Shown here one piece after another: positions 49,039-61,805 of a DNA stretch of 64,000 nucleotides. The DNA comes from Macrostomum hystrix (lineage: Eukaryota; Animalia; Platyhelminthes). The notes beneath the pieces are model-generated. The model did not search any database. It had not been told where the DNA came from and was given only the letters and a program-made list of their open reading frames with translations. Positions within the stretch are counted from its first letter, which is position 1, and each line of letters opens with the position of its first letter. The stretch is taken from the NCBI GenBank assembly GCA_950097015.1, contig CATNEN010000008.1:1364001-1428000 (forward strand), given 5' to 3'. Position numbers and translations under genes: made by a program.

Positions 49039-50210
49039 ATGACCAACACCAAGGGTCTGCGCCGCGGTACGCGGTACATGTTCTCCCGGGAGTTCCGCCG
49101 GCGCGGTGTCATCCCGCTGTCAACTTACATGCGCGTTTTCAAGCGCGGCGACATTGTTGACATCAAGGGTAATGGCAGCATTCAGAAGGGCTTGCCATTC
49201 AAGACCTATCACGGCAAAACTGGCCGCGTGTACAATGTGACGCCTCACGCTGTCGGTGTGATTGTTAACAAACAGGTGAGCTGATATTTCTATAAATCCT
49301 TTATGTAATACAAGTACGATTGGCTATGATGAGATTTCTGGTCCGTGTTTCTGATTACCCACTCTATGCGGTAATGCTGATAGTCATATCAGAACTGAGT
49401 GCCAGTCTTTCTTGCAGCCTTACAACTTGAAGCTGTCCGTGCAATAATCAAATAGACCGGAATGGAGTGTTCGACTTAGGGTAGGGAAAATAGGCTAGAG
49501 TGTAATAAAAACGGCAAAGGTTGAGAAACAGACAACGAAACTGTAAAGGGTTAAAGCGACACAAGTTACAAAGGAACTAGATAGGAGAACATGAAAATCG
49601 CTACTGTGTCCTAACTCCTATAAGTTCTATCAGGCGATCCGGCGAGGCCACATTAATTTTAGGCGCAGCCGCGGAGAGAAGGCTTGGGGGCTTGTCGTGC
49701 AATTTAAGTCCTTGAGGGCTGATGTACACACCTGTGTGAGCGTATGCCTGCGTACCGAATCTGTGTGCGTGTGTGCTCAGGAGTCAGTGAAACAGGCAGA
49801 AACGGGTTCAGTGTCACCAAATGATTTGCGATTGCCCGCAGCCCTCCTGCAATCATTGTTATTATTATTTGCAGTTCACGATAGAATTGTGAGCGGTTGC
49901 GCTAGCAATAGTTCAATTGGATCTTAGGCTCAATCCTCATTCCTTCCCCCCTCTCCCCAAACAGGTGCGCAATCGCATCATTCCCAAGCGCATCAACGTC
50001 CGCATCGAGCACGTGAATCCCAGCAAGTGCCGATTGGACTTCCTGCGCCGCGTCAAGGAGAACGACGTTAAGCGCCGCGAAGCCAAGGCCGCCGGCAAGA
50101 AGATCTGTCTGAAGCGACGCCCGCAGGGACCCCGGCGTGCCACCATTGTGAAGACTAAGAAGAACAAGCCCCAGCTGTTGGAGCCGCTGCCGTACGAGTT
50201 GATTGCTTAA
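49039..50210 (+). CDS. RPL21: 60S ribosomal protein L21 (eL21); exons 49039-49275 and 49965-50210 (160 aa)
   Basis: [17 protein letters not shown]...GDIVDIKG...[19 protein letters not shown]...VNKQ|[17 protein letters not shown]...[10 protein letters not shown]. Phase-0 intron 49276-49964. AATAAA at 50311. Confidence 0.98.
49326..49398 (+). ncRNA. SNORD18: U18-like box C/D snoRNA copy 6, in the RPL21 coding intron
   Basis: ATGATGA at 49326, guide TGGTCCGTGTTT-CTGA, box D CTGA at 49395, tggc/gcca stem. Starts about 50 nt after the donor. Confidence 0.9.
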
Positions 50211-50647
50211 ATGTATTTCGGCATTGGATAATCTAATTTATGCTGGACTTTTCATCACAGATAATAGTTGCTCTCTGTGAGCAGTTTGAAGCTGTTTAGA
50301 AAAAAAACACAATAAATGCGATTATGATGGCGAGACCTGGCGTTGCGCTTCAGCAACCATTGTATCTTGGATGAAAGACTTGTCTTGGCTATTGTCTTCA
50401 TGATTTTGTACATTGTGGACTTAGGAGTTGTACTAAAAGGTTTTCAAAAGACTAGCTTGATCTCAGCTTATTATCCTAGCCGTAGAGTTCAGAGTAGGCC
50501 CTTTAATGAAACTTTGGTAGCTTTCACTTTGCACATTTGCTAACAATTTTCTGCTAACCCAAATCCTTTTTAAGCGCAACGTGGACCTGATTTATACTTT
50601 TTGGCTGCTAATTTAAAGCTAGAAAACACTAAATTTAAATAATAAAC

Positions 50648-53600
50648 ATGGCCACCGCTGTTCTGCCTCCGCCTCCTCCGCCATCCGGACCTGATCAGAG
50701 CACTAGCGGTGGCGGCAGCTTCAGTCCACTGACACTGTTCGAATGCACCATGACCAACGCTGGCATGCTAGTGGACAGTATGCCTGTTCGCGACCTGGTC
50801 TCCGCCCTTCGCATTATTGGCACTCTGCACACTCACGTTGTTAATATAATGGATCCGGGTGTGTCCGCCGCTTGCGATTTAGCCGACGAATTCAACGCTC
50901 ACCGGATCACTTGTCCTGCTGCTGCTGCTTCTGCAGCCGACAACTCTGATGCCAATGCGTCGCTAATGGCAGGTGGCGGAGGTATTGACGACGATTCTAC
51001 GAAAGCTTCATCTGGCGACGGTGGGCTAGGAGGTCCTGCTCCTAGCAGAAAACGAATAAAAATCGATGACAATTCTTTGATGTCTAACAATGGTCATAAT
51101 TCCTCAAATATTATGGCTATGGATAGCCAGCATAATTCCACTGCTGCAGCCTATGTTAAATCTGAGTCTCTAGTTGAATCTGACGATGATTGTTGTATCC
51201 TTGATGATGGAGGCATCGGATTAATTGGCTCCGACTTTTATGCCAGCGTGCGCCAGAATCCGCCAAGACCAATGCCAGCTGGCGCCTCTTCAGCTGCCAT
51301 CGGAGCCTCCGCCTCTTCGTCCTCACTCGGTGGGGGTTCTGTGCAAGACTCTGCGGCAATGAAACAAATTTTGCGCAACACCTACAAGAATATGCGCGGC
51401 GGTGGACCGCATCTCTACGATTTTAATAGGCCGTGAGTTGCTTTTGCTGAACGATCAAGTAGGGTCAGGAGTAGCGGTGTCCTGCTGAACGATCAGGTAG
51501 GGTCAGGAGTAGCGGTGTCCTGCTGAACGATCAGGGGAGTGGCGGAAGTAGCTGTGACCTGCTGAAGGTTCAGAGAAGTTAAAAGTGATTAGCGGGCTGA
51601 ATTTTCGCAGGTTTTTTTTGACTTTCTATCTTGAAAATACAATCCATAAAAATCCTTCTTTAGCTGGAACGACCCAGTGAACCAAGCTGTCACTGATCGC
51701 ATTGTTAGCCAAATCGTTGCCACAACGCCAGACATCTCCGTATCTCCCGACGATTGGCGAAGTGAGTCTCGTGTGTTTTTGCAGCGCTCTGTTTTACAGT
51801 TAATTAATACGCTACTTAAAGTAGCTCGTATTTAGTGTTCTGTGCATTTTAGAAACAGGATACTTTTGTTTTAATTTGGCGCGGTAGCATTTGCAGAGGT
51901 TTTTTCTTTACAAAATAAATCAATTCCGACTTTCCTAACATGGTTCTCCACTTTTTAAGTGGGACTAACTATTTATCGTATATGCATTAATCAGCTAATT
52001 AACATATTATGTCCTACGATTCGCATTCATTCACACATATTCAGCACGCAACAAGTGCAATGTATACGGCTATCCGCAGCAAATTAGTTTCGCTTGTCTC
52101 AGATTGAGTAGGTAAAATTTATTAGTATTATTATTGCTATATTCTACTTACAGCAATGGCGGTATCAATTGTGCCCGACCTGCTACAGAGGCGCAACTTG
52201 GACCTGAAGAAGATTAGAGACAGAAAATATTGCCGAGCTAAGCGCGTAAGCTCAAAATTGAATTATTTGAGAACTTCGACTCGTAGGGCCTGTAACTATA
52301 AATAAATGCAGATGCTGGGCTTGCCAATGCACTTTTAACATTTAGGCCGTTTGAATTTTTAATTTAGCCATGTCATTCTGATTGTTAACTTTCCAATTAA
52401 ATTCTTCGGCTAAGAAAGAGAATTCCATTCTCTAACCTGTGCTGCATTGGATTCAATGGAAAAGCAATCAGTTTAGACATTGCTAATATCGATTTCAGCG
52501 CTTTTAACACTTCTAATAATACTCTAACAGTGCATACAAAAGATAATGTTGCAAAATTAAAATAATCAGGACTCTGCAGCCAATCTTTAACCGACCTGGC
52601 CGTAGCCAAGCCTGGCAGGAATATTGAATTGAAACGCCGCACCCAGCGGAAGTGCGCCCGCTTGCACGCCGTAAGATAATAAAAAATTAAACTATTTAGG
52701 GAAGAATTCTATTTTAAGTTTTGTAGCTCATTGTTAATTAAAAATTCCTCTGCGAAGAGCAATCAGTGCGTGATTGATTGTTTCTATGTTGTTGTAATAT
52801 TTATGTGTTTAAAAAACATCCCCATAGCCAACTGCTCAATCGACCTGTTTGATCTAAGAGTTCAAAACGACGCTGTGCTCAAACACGAGGCCAGAAAGCG
52901 GGCTATGCGAAAATATTCAAGAGTTAGTTCAGTAAGTCATTGTAACAAAATATTGTCTTTCTAAAACAAAGAAATTAATGTGAACAAAAATCTCTGCAAT
53001 TCAAACCACAAGACAAACTTAGATGGTCATTTTTATCCCCTTAGTCATATTTTATGCAATACTATACTTTTATGACTAAATAATATATAGGCGGAATAGA
53101 CGAGTTTGTGCGCACAGTACTGGACGAGGAGATGCGAAATATTAAATCGCGCGGCTACAAGCGACGCTATAGTCGCATAACTGGGGTAAGTTAGCCCTTC
53201 CCCTAGGAGCAACGCAAGGATCAGGATCATATAGAAACAACCAACGTGGCTCCATCGTGGCAAGACAAGCTGCGCAAGGCTTAGCGCAGCCAGATTCTAC
53301 TAATTCTACTAATTTGCAACTCGTTTGCAGTTCCTTTTGATTAAGATTTAAAATAAAGATTCGCCTCTGCTAATTGCTTTACGCACTTCTCAACTCTGAG
53401 CTAAAGAGCTAACCGTAATTAATCTGTTCTGACCTAATGTACTATTATATAGGGTTTACTGGCCATATACTATTCGATAGTCAATTAGGCGGCGCTAGTT
53501 CCAGCGCCAGCGGTGACGGCGGTAGGCGCCTAAAATATTGGCGTCGTTATAGACGAATTTCAACTGTGAGTTCTGCGCCGCTAATACGCTTGAAATTCAA

Positions 53601-55520
53601 AACATTAACTATTGAAGGGTGGCGTGTGTCCTGAGCTCGAATCCTCCTCGAGTTCACACTTTTTTGGGGCGCAACCGCGAAAAGTTGGCAAGACAAACCC
53701 CAATGCACAGTGAAAGTGTACACTGCGAAAGTCAATGCAGAGATGTACACATCTGTATGAATGTGTTTACAGGGTTCAGAGGAATAGGCGGAATTGCCTG
53801 CTGCGGTCTGACTGTAGCCAAAATATGCATCGGTGTCCGCAGACCATTATTATTGCAAATGCCTCTGCTATTCGCTTCCGCTGCTTATATCGATTCTAAT
53901 CGTTAGATAAACTTCAAGTACTTCATTAAATTTCTAAATCTTGCATAGAGACCATTCGCGACTCACTATTCGATTGTCGTCTAAGCTCTAGACACAAATC
54001 TTGGCGACGCTATGGTCGAGTTTCGTCTGTGAGTTCGGCGGTGATTTTACTTTTAGAATACATGAACTAGTTAATATAGCTAGTAGCTAATATTATTAAT
54101 TAAGTCCCAATTCCAAACTGCACGAAAATAATTAATGGAACCGTTTAAAATTTGTCGTCGACCTCTGCCATTGCTAGTCATTATTCTACCATAGATCACA
54201 GATCATAGATTAACCTAATGCTTAAGTAACAGCGTTAACATTTGTCTTCATTTCTCTGATGTAACGTGCAACAACATTAAGAGAATATTTGCGATCTGCT
54301 ATTCTCCAACGGTGGCTCCAGAATAAGTCGTCACAAATACTGGCGACGTTATAGCCGAGTTTCTTCCGTGAGTAATTCGCGTTATAGAATGTCTAGTCTA
54401 GGATAAAAAGGAAAAAGTCCTCTGCACTTGCGCCGCATTGACATTATCGTTATATTAAGAACTATATTGATTAAATTATACATGTTAGGCATTGCTAGAG
54501 AGGTGGTGTTTAAAAGGCAGCTAGCTGATCTGGCTTCAGCTCGAAAACGAATGCGCGTTCGTTGTGTGAGTAGTCTGTGTCGATTTTTGTTGATATTTTT
54601 ATAATATAAATTCTACGAGCTAATAGAGCGGCGGTGGATTCAGACGGACTAGTCGGATTCTTAGATTGTAGAATGTAGATACTTGTATCGAGATATCTAT
54701 CTGAATAGATCCATCCATCTTGCAATGGATTAGTATTAGTAGTAATAAATAACTCATTAGTAGTTAGTAGGACTAAACAAAACCGGATTGTCATGATGGT
54801 TAATGGCTTCAGGATAGAATGAATTATTAGAATGCAGCTTCGAATTTTGTCAGAGTAGTCGTGAGTTCGGTTCTGATACAGAAAAAACTGTCTTAAAGCA
54901 GCTCACTTAATTTCTCTTTGCTTTACATCAACTATCTGAGCTGTAAAATGCTCGTTTGCATTTTTATAGATGCAGTAGAGATTTTGGTATGTGTCTACCA
55001 CAGTCCACGGACTAAACATTAATTTTTTTATTTATCGCTCTCAATCCTAACAGAATTATAATAATTTGGCTTTGAATATCTTTTTAAGATATGAGTTTTA
55101 GGAAAATTAAGTTTTTATTAAATGAATTTTATGAAATATCCCTCTGACTCCTTTGACTTCCACAATGGCTCTTATCTACAGAAGCTCTCCCGGCGTCAGA
55201 AGGCGTTTGAACAGGTTCTGCCAACTCTGAACCCGGACGACTTGGACAAGTATCGCGTTGTCCTGTCGCGCGATTTCACCTCCTCGGACGAGGAGACCGG
55301 TGACGAGTCCACAGGCGAGACTGCGCTGCGGGTGCGCGAACTGCCTTGGGAGTCGGACGAAGTGCGCCAAGTCAAGCATCGACTAGACCAGACCTTCATG
55401 AATCGATTCGCTACTCAGAAGCAGCGCGCAACACTGCAGAGGTGCATCAGAGACTCTGGCTGCGTCAGTACCAGACCGCCTCCCCTAGAAGCACCTAATT
55501 GGTCTCTTCGTCCCCAGTGA
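50648..55520 (+). CDS. C14orf93/DUF4616-like uncharacterized protein; exons 50648-51432, 51664-51761, 52154-52245, 55182-55520 (about 437 aa)
   Basis: Four GT-AG exons join in frame. Low-complexity N-terminus, then YDFNRPWNDPVNQAV..., basic RDRKYCRAKR|KLSRRQKAF, and C-terminal LSRDFTSSDEE...VRELPWESDEV...LD...RPPP..APNW, which resembles the C14orf93-like family from memory. Exon 3 is less certain. Confidence 0.68.
51445..51565. repeat. 38-bp short tandem repeat
   Basis: ctgctgaacgatcaggtagggtcaggagtagcggtgtc x about 3. Confidence 0.85.
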
Positions 55521-55575
55521 TTAATCTGACACTGTTCGTGTGTTAGTACCCGTGTACTGTTGCCGTTTCTATAAT

Positions 55576-56395
55576 CTGGATTCAGTCTCTAGATTAGGAA
55601 CTGGATTCAGTCTCTAGATTAGCAATTGGATTCAGTCTCTAGATTAGCAACTGGATTCAGTCTCTAGATTAGCAACTGGATTCAGTCTCTAGATTAGCAA
55701 CTGGATTCAGTCTCTAGATTAGCAACTGGATTCAGTCTCTAGATTAGCAACTGGATTCAGTCTCTACATTAGCAACTGGATTCAGTCTCTAGATTAGCAA
55801 CTGGATTCAGTCTCTAGATTAGCAACTGGATTCAGTCTCTAGATTAGCAACTGGATTCAGTATCTAGATTAGCAACTGGATTCAGTCTCTAGATTAGCAA
55901 CTGGATTCAGTCTCTAGATTAGCAACTGGATTCAGTCTCTAGATTAGCAACTGGATTCAGTCTCTAGATTAGCAACTGGATTCAGTCTCTAGATTAGCAA
56001 CTGGATTCAGTCTCTAGATTAGCAACTGGATTCAGTCTCTAGATTAGCAACTGGATTCAGTCTCTAGATTAGGAACTGGATTCAGTCTCTAGATTAGGAA
56101 ATGGGTTCAGTCTCTAGATTAGGAAATGGGTTCAGTCTCTAGATTAGGAAATGGATTCAGTCTCTAGATTAGGAAATGGGTTCAGTCTCTAGATTAGGAA
56201 CTGGATTCAGTCTCTAGATTAGCAACTGGATTCAGTCTCTAGATTAGCAACTGGATTCAGTCTCTAGATTAGGAAATGGGTTCAGTCTCTAGATTAGGAA
56301 ATGGGTTCAGTCTCTAGATTAGGAAATGGGTTCAGTCTCTAGATTAGGAAATGGGTTCAGTCTCTAGATTAGGAACTGGATTCAGTCTAGATTCG
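55576..56395. repeat. 25-bp minisatellite
   Basis: Unit ctggattcagtctctagattagcaa. Confidence 0.97.
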
Positions 56396-57399
56396 GAACT
56401 AATTATGTTCCTCGATTCCGAACTAAGTTTAGTTTCCAGTTATTTTCGAGATGGATGGTCTGCCGCGCAGTGCTTTGTATATTTTTTATATTGACGTTGT
56501 TTTACTATCATAGAACAATATAACCTGTGTACTTGCTTCTAGGAGAAATGAAAAACGTTCTAATGTATTTATCGTACTTTTATAGTAATTTTAGTTTCTC
56601 TTTGTTAACAAAACTGACGGATGAGCAGCTCGTGACAAACTCGAATTCATTTATATATACTCATTCTAGTTTTATATTTTTAATATACTTTCTTCATCTC
56701 AATGCTTGTTCTGCATTTTTTCATTGATTGAATATTATCAATCTATCTTTATAGTATAAGCTCCATTCATTCGCTCGTATTAGTCTGTTTATTAAACTGC
56801 TTGCTTGCTAATAAGTATTGAAGTGAATGTTCTTTGTAAATCTGAGCCTAATCACACTGACGCAGCACATGTGCAAAACAAAACAGCAATATGCAATTCT
56901 GCAAATATAACAACTGATTTCTACAAGTTCATGTTGTATAATAAGGTGATTGTCTCAACTTTACGGCATAAAATTGTTAGCTAAGTTTATTGATTTACTA
57001 ATTTTACTTATTCTTAAAGCCATCTATTTTGTTCGTAACTTTCATATATTTATGTACTACTTCCAACTATCTTAGTAGTAGTAGAGTGGTTACTTAAATT
57101 AAGATAAATTAATTTTCGAAATGAAAATTTCTAGTTCTAGGATTCTAATAAGGAAAATTTATATAAGCTATCCTCCTGGCACGTGTTGAAACAAAGGCAT
57201 TTTTATTTTTCATCGTTCTTTGCTACAAAAGTAAAACTCTTTTTTTCAAGTCAGAACTACTGTCCAAAACGTTTGAACCAATTAACATCAATCATCCTTT
57301 TTGGTAGTGGCCTGGATCCATAACCTAAAGTCAGGTTTACCATAATGCATTGGGTAAATAATTGTATCGTGTGTTGTTTTGGCTACTGAACTAAAGACG

Positions 57400-57950
57400 C
57401 TGACCTACTCAGAACCGAAATATGGCAACATCGGAAAACACTGACCTACTCAGAACCGAAATATGGAAACATTGGAAAACACTGACCTACTCAGAACCGA
57501 AATATGGCAACATCGGAAAACACTGACCTACTCAAAGCCGAAATATGGAAACAGGAAAACACTGAGCTACTCAGAACCGAAATATGGAAACATTGGAAAA
57601 CACTGACCTACTCAGAACCAAAATATGGCAACATCGGAAAACACTGACCTACTCAAAGCCGAAATATGGAAACAGGAAAACACTGAGCTACTCAGAACCG
57701 AAATATGGAAACATTGGAAAACACTGACCTACTCAGAACCGAAATATGGAAACATTGGAAAACACTGAGCTACTCAGAACCGAAATATGGAAACATTGGA
57801 AAACACTGAGCTACTCAGAACCGAAATATGGAAAATACTGAGCTACTCAGAACCAAAATATGGAAACATTGGAAAACACTGACCTACTCAGAACCAAAAT
57901 ATGGCAACATCGGAAAACACTGACCTACTCAGAACCGAAATATGGCAACA
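57400..57950. repeat. 41-bp minisatellite
   Basis: Unit ctgacctactcagaaccgaaatatggaaacattggaaaaca. Confidence 0.95.
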
Positions 57951-59399
57951 TTTAAAGACAGATTATCTTCTCAAGATCCAAAGCTGGACATACGAGCCGT
58001 ACATAGGGCAGTGCAACAGTTTTCTTAATTGGTGCAATTTCTCTCTTTTGAAGCAACTGCGTCTCATTTTGCACGCCTCAACAATATTTTATATAAATGG
58101 CATTGACTCATTACTTTGCAATACGTTCTAGGGAGTAATTTCAAAACCAATTTTTAATTCAGGAAGTCAAGTTTGAGCCGAACTGTGTAATTTATGAATT
58201 TATGAATTGTCTACCACAATAAAGAGGAAATTCATGTCGCGATAACATTTAGCAGTTCGCGGCGTCCACACGGAGTGGGGATTACCTAATTTCGCTTTTA
58301 CTTCCTTCCTATATTCCTGTCCAAGGACTAAAGAGAGCGTGATTATTTAAGAATTCGCGCTTTTTAAATGGCTCTTTAAGTGAGTAGAAGGTGTGTGGCT
58401 TGGGTTAGACGCAACACTCACTCACCCACCTGCAGTTTCTACTATCTTATTAGTTAAAGTCGCGTGTTTTATAAGCATTGCTCCTAATAGTTTGGGGCCG
58501 TCACAAAGCTCTATGTAGAAAGCGACAAAGATGATGCAATTTCCGATCTTTTTCGACCACGCGCCCCGTTAATTAGCGACTGGTGTCACCTTGTGAGTGT
58601 CTCAAAATTTGCAGGCACGAATCTGGTTATGGTTATGATAATGTAAGAGATGATTTCTAGGCGGTGTACTCAATTGGACAGATGTTGAGTCAAGCCTGAT
58701 TATAAGAGGCTTGAAGGATGAGACCCGGAAATTGCTGCAGTGGGCATTGGCTGATACAACTGCTTCCGCTTATCTGTTCGCTACATTTAACATTGTCCCC
58801 ATCGATTATTGATTGTGCAACAAATCGTTCCTTCACTGCATTCGTTTCTGCTCCGTTATTATTCTCCCAGCTCCGTCTGTTGAGTGGCGCAATCCCATAT
58901 CCAAGTAAAAACTCAAAGTTTCAGTCTATGTAGAACAAGGCTTAGATGGTCTTTGTCTCGATTTTTTCTTGACATCGCTGCTGTTACTGCGGAACTTATA
59001 TATTAGGAAATTCGATTGGAATTGAAGCGAGAATTCTGTCTGCTTTATTATGCCGCGTCACGGATGGGTGAATTAAATAGATGGATGCCTGGTGTGAGCT
59101 GGTGCTACAGAAGCGGCTCGTGCCTCTTAATTTGAAATTGGATGGTATGGAGCAACAGGTTTTAAGGTTCGATGACCGGAGTCCCTAATCCGATAGTTTG
59201 AGCAATAATCGGCAGATTCCTAACGGGTCGACAAAAATCCTGATTGAACATGAATAATAGCTAAATCTCAAGAGTTAATCCTAGCTAAATCCCATGAGAT
59301 ACAGTACAAAAATATCACATAAGTGGTATGATTCTCATGGTATAGATTTCCAAAATGTCATGTGATTAGTTCGGAAATCTCATCGAATTGATTTACAAA

Positions 59400-59775
59400 A
59401 TCTCATGGCATTGATTCTGACATCTCATGGCATTGATTCTGACATCTCATGGGATTGATTCTGACATCTCATGGCATTGATTCTGACATCTCATGGCATT
59501 GATTCTGACATCTCATGGCATTGATTCTGACATATCATGGGATTGATTCTGACATCTCATGGCATTGATTCTGACATCTCATGGGATTGATTCTGACATC
59601 TCATGGCATTGATTCTGACATATCATGGGATTGATTCTGACATCTCATGGCATTGATTCTGACATCTCATGGGATTGATTCTGACATCTCATGGGATTGA
59701 TTCTCAAATCTCATGGCATTGATTCTGACATCTCATGGCATTGATTCTCAAATCTCATGGGATTGATTCTCAAAT
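59400..59775. repeat. 22-bp minisatellite
   Basis: Unit tctcatgg(c/g)attgattctgaca. Confidence 0.95.
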
Positions 59776-60314
59776 CTAATCTAATTTATTTCAAATCCGC
59801 ATAGGATTGATTTAAAGATCCCATAAAATATATTTTTTAAATCCAACAATAATAGAAATATATTCATTTGACGAATGCCTAAATCAGGAAAATGATTGGA
59901 TGTTCTATTCTGTCTATTGTATAATATAATACTAATGAACTTGTGAAGTGATGAGATAATGGGATATTTGATAAACAGAAAAACAACAATGGTAAAACAG
60001 TTCTTAATTGTAGCAGTATAAACTTGCTATTCTGTGTTCGCTGCTTTATCTTTGGGTTATCAAATTTCCTTATCAAATATTCGAAATTCGTCGCAAACCC
60101 ATTAAACGCAGTAAAAAATGCTTTAAAACTTGAAGAAGTCAAACAAGAAAACGACTAAACTTAACTGATAAGATTAGAGTAATAGACTTAATTCATCAGC
60201 AAAATTCAACAGACTGCTAATACTCGAAGTAGCTGTTGATTATTTACTTTTTTGCCTGGTTATAAAAGTGACGACAATGTGGTTTCAAATGGCACCTTCT
60301 TATTATTCCGTTCT

Positions 60315-60730
60315 GATTCTGATCCCATCCAGTCTATTCTGATCCCATCCAGTCTATTTTGATCCCACCCAGTCTATTCTGATCCCACCCAGTCTATTCT
60401 GATCCCATCCAGTCTATTCTGATCCCATCCAGTCTATTCTGATCCCAAAAAGTCTATTATGATCCTATCCAGTCTATTCTGATCCCATCCAGACCAATTT
60501 GATCCCATCCAGACCATTCTGATCTCATCCAGACCATTCTGATCCCATCCAGACCATTCTGATCCCATCCAGACCATTCTGATCCCATCCAGTCTATTCT
60601 GATCTCATCCAGACCATTCAGCTACCATCGAGACTCTTGAACTCCCATTCAGAACTTTTAGATCCCACCCAGAACTTCCAGATCCCATTCAAATGGCTCT
60701 GATCCCATCGAGACCTCTCTGATTCCATCC
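60315..60730. repeat. 20-bp minisatellite
   Basis: Unit attctgatcccatccagtct. Confidence 0.9.
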
Positions 60731-61196
60731 CATTTATTGATTTTCCATTCAAAATTAGATACGGCTCCAGGCAGGTTCGTACACACTAATATCTACTCTG
60801 TGGCTAGAAATCTAGAAATAGTTAGATTCGTCATTTTGTTGATTAAAATAAAATTTTGTCAACAAACTTTTCTGGTTGTCGCCCAGGAGTTGTCTTCTGT
60901 CACTCTGTATTTGCTTCTTACTCAACGCAATGCAACCAAAGTCACAGAGGCCCTAAAATATTGGTTGCTAGGCGGAGACCCCGGGGCGGCGGAGCTGAAA
61001 TAGGAATCCGCGTGGCGACTTGAAGCACGCGCGGTCAAACCAACAACAGAGGAGAAAATTGATTACGGAAGGCGCGCGTGAACCCACCACTGATTTGACC
61101 CTTGCCACTGAGGTGGCTTCCGAAATTTATTGAAATTCTTCATCCAGTAGCCCTGCACTGTGTTTGCTCTTCGTTTAGAGAAGTCTAAAGACGGAT

Positions 61197-61779
61197 TTAG
61201 CTTAGAAACCCGCGCTCGCTAGCGGTGTCTAAGACTGGATGGACTCGGCGAGTTTGGCAAACACGACAGTTCGCCTGTTTGCTCAACCACACGCCTAGCT
61301 TCAGTTCCGCTGTCGCTTGCATCGGAGAGATGCGAAGGTGGGGCACCTGGAGGACCTTTCCTGCCCTGCAACGAGTCTTTTTTGCGTCGATTTCCTGCAA
61401 TATATATTTTATTTCCCCATCGATTCAAATACAAATTTCTATTTTATTAATACATAATTGGGAGACTGAAAGATCAAACACGACCGTTTGTGTGTCTAGA
61501 GAAAACTGGCTTTGAGAAGAAAGGAAAAGAGAAATTAAACGGTGGGATATTCGCCGGCTCAGCTGGCCCGGATGCGGTTACTGGCCGCTCGGTGTTGTCT
61601 TTGGGGAGCCGGGCGTGCGTGCGCCCATTGGTTTGTGACCGGAAACGGTTCGAAGCGCGCCGCTTCAAGTTACGCGCTGTGTGGGGGGAGGAGTCTGCAG
61701 TCTTTGTTGTGCCGAGGCAACGAATGAGGCTGGAGGTGGCAGGACAGGACTCGGAAACAACTGATCGGACTGGAAATAA
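61197..61779 (-). CDS. Possible 3' exons of an unidentified minus-strand gene
   Basis: GC-rich island between minisatellites with minus-strand acceptors (tttatttccag near 61780, atattgcag near 61395) and open frames. No recognisable homology, and both donor and frame are ambiguous. Confidence 0.25.
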
Positions 61780-61805
61780 AGAGACGGGACGACAGGTACG
61801 AGATG

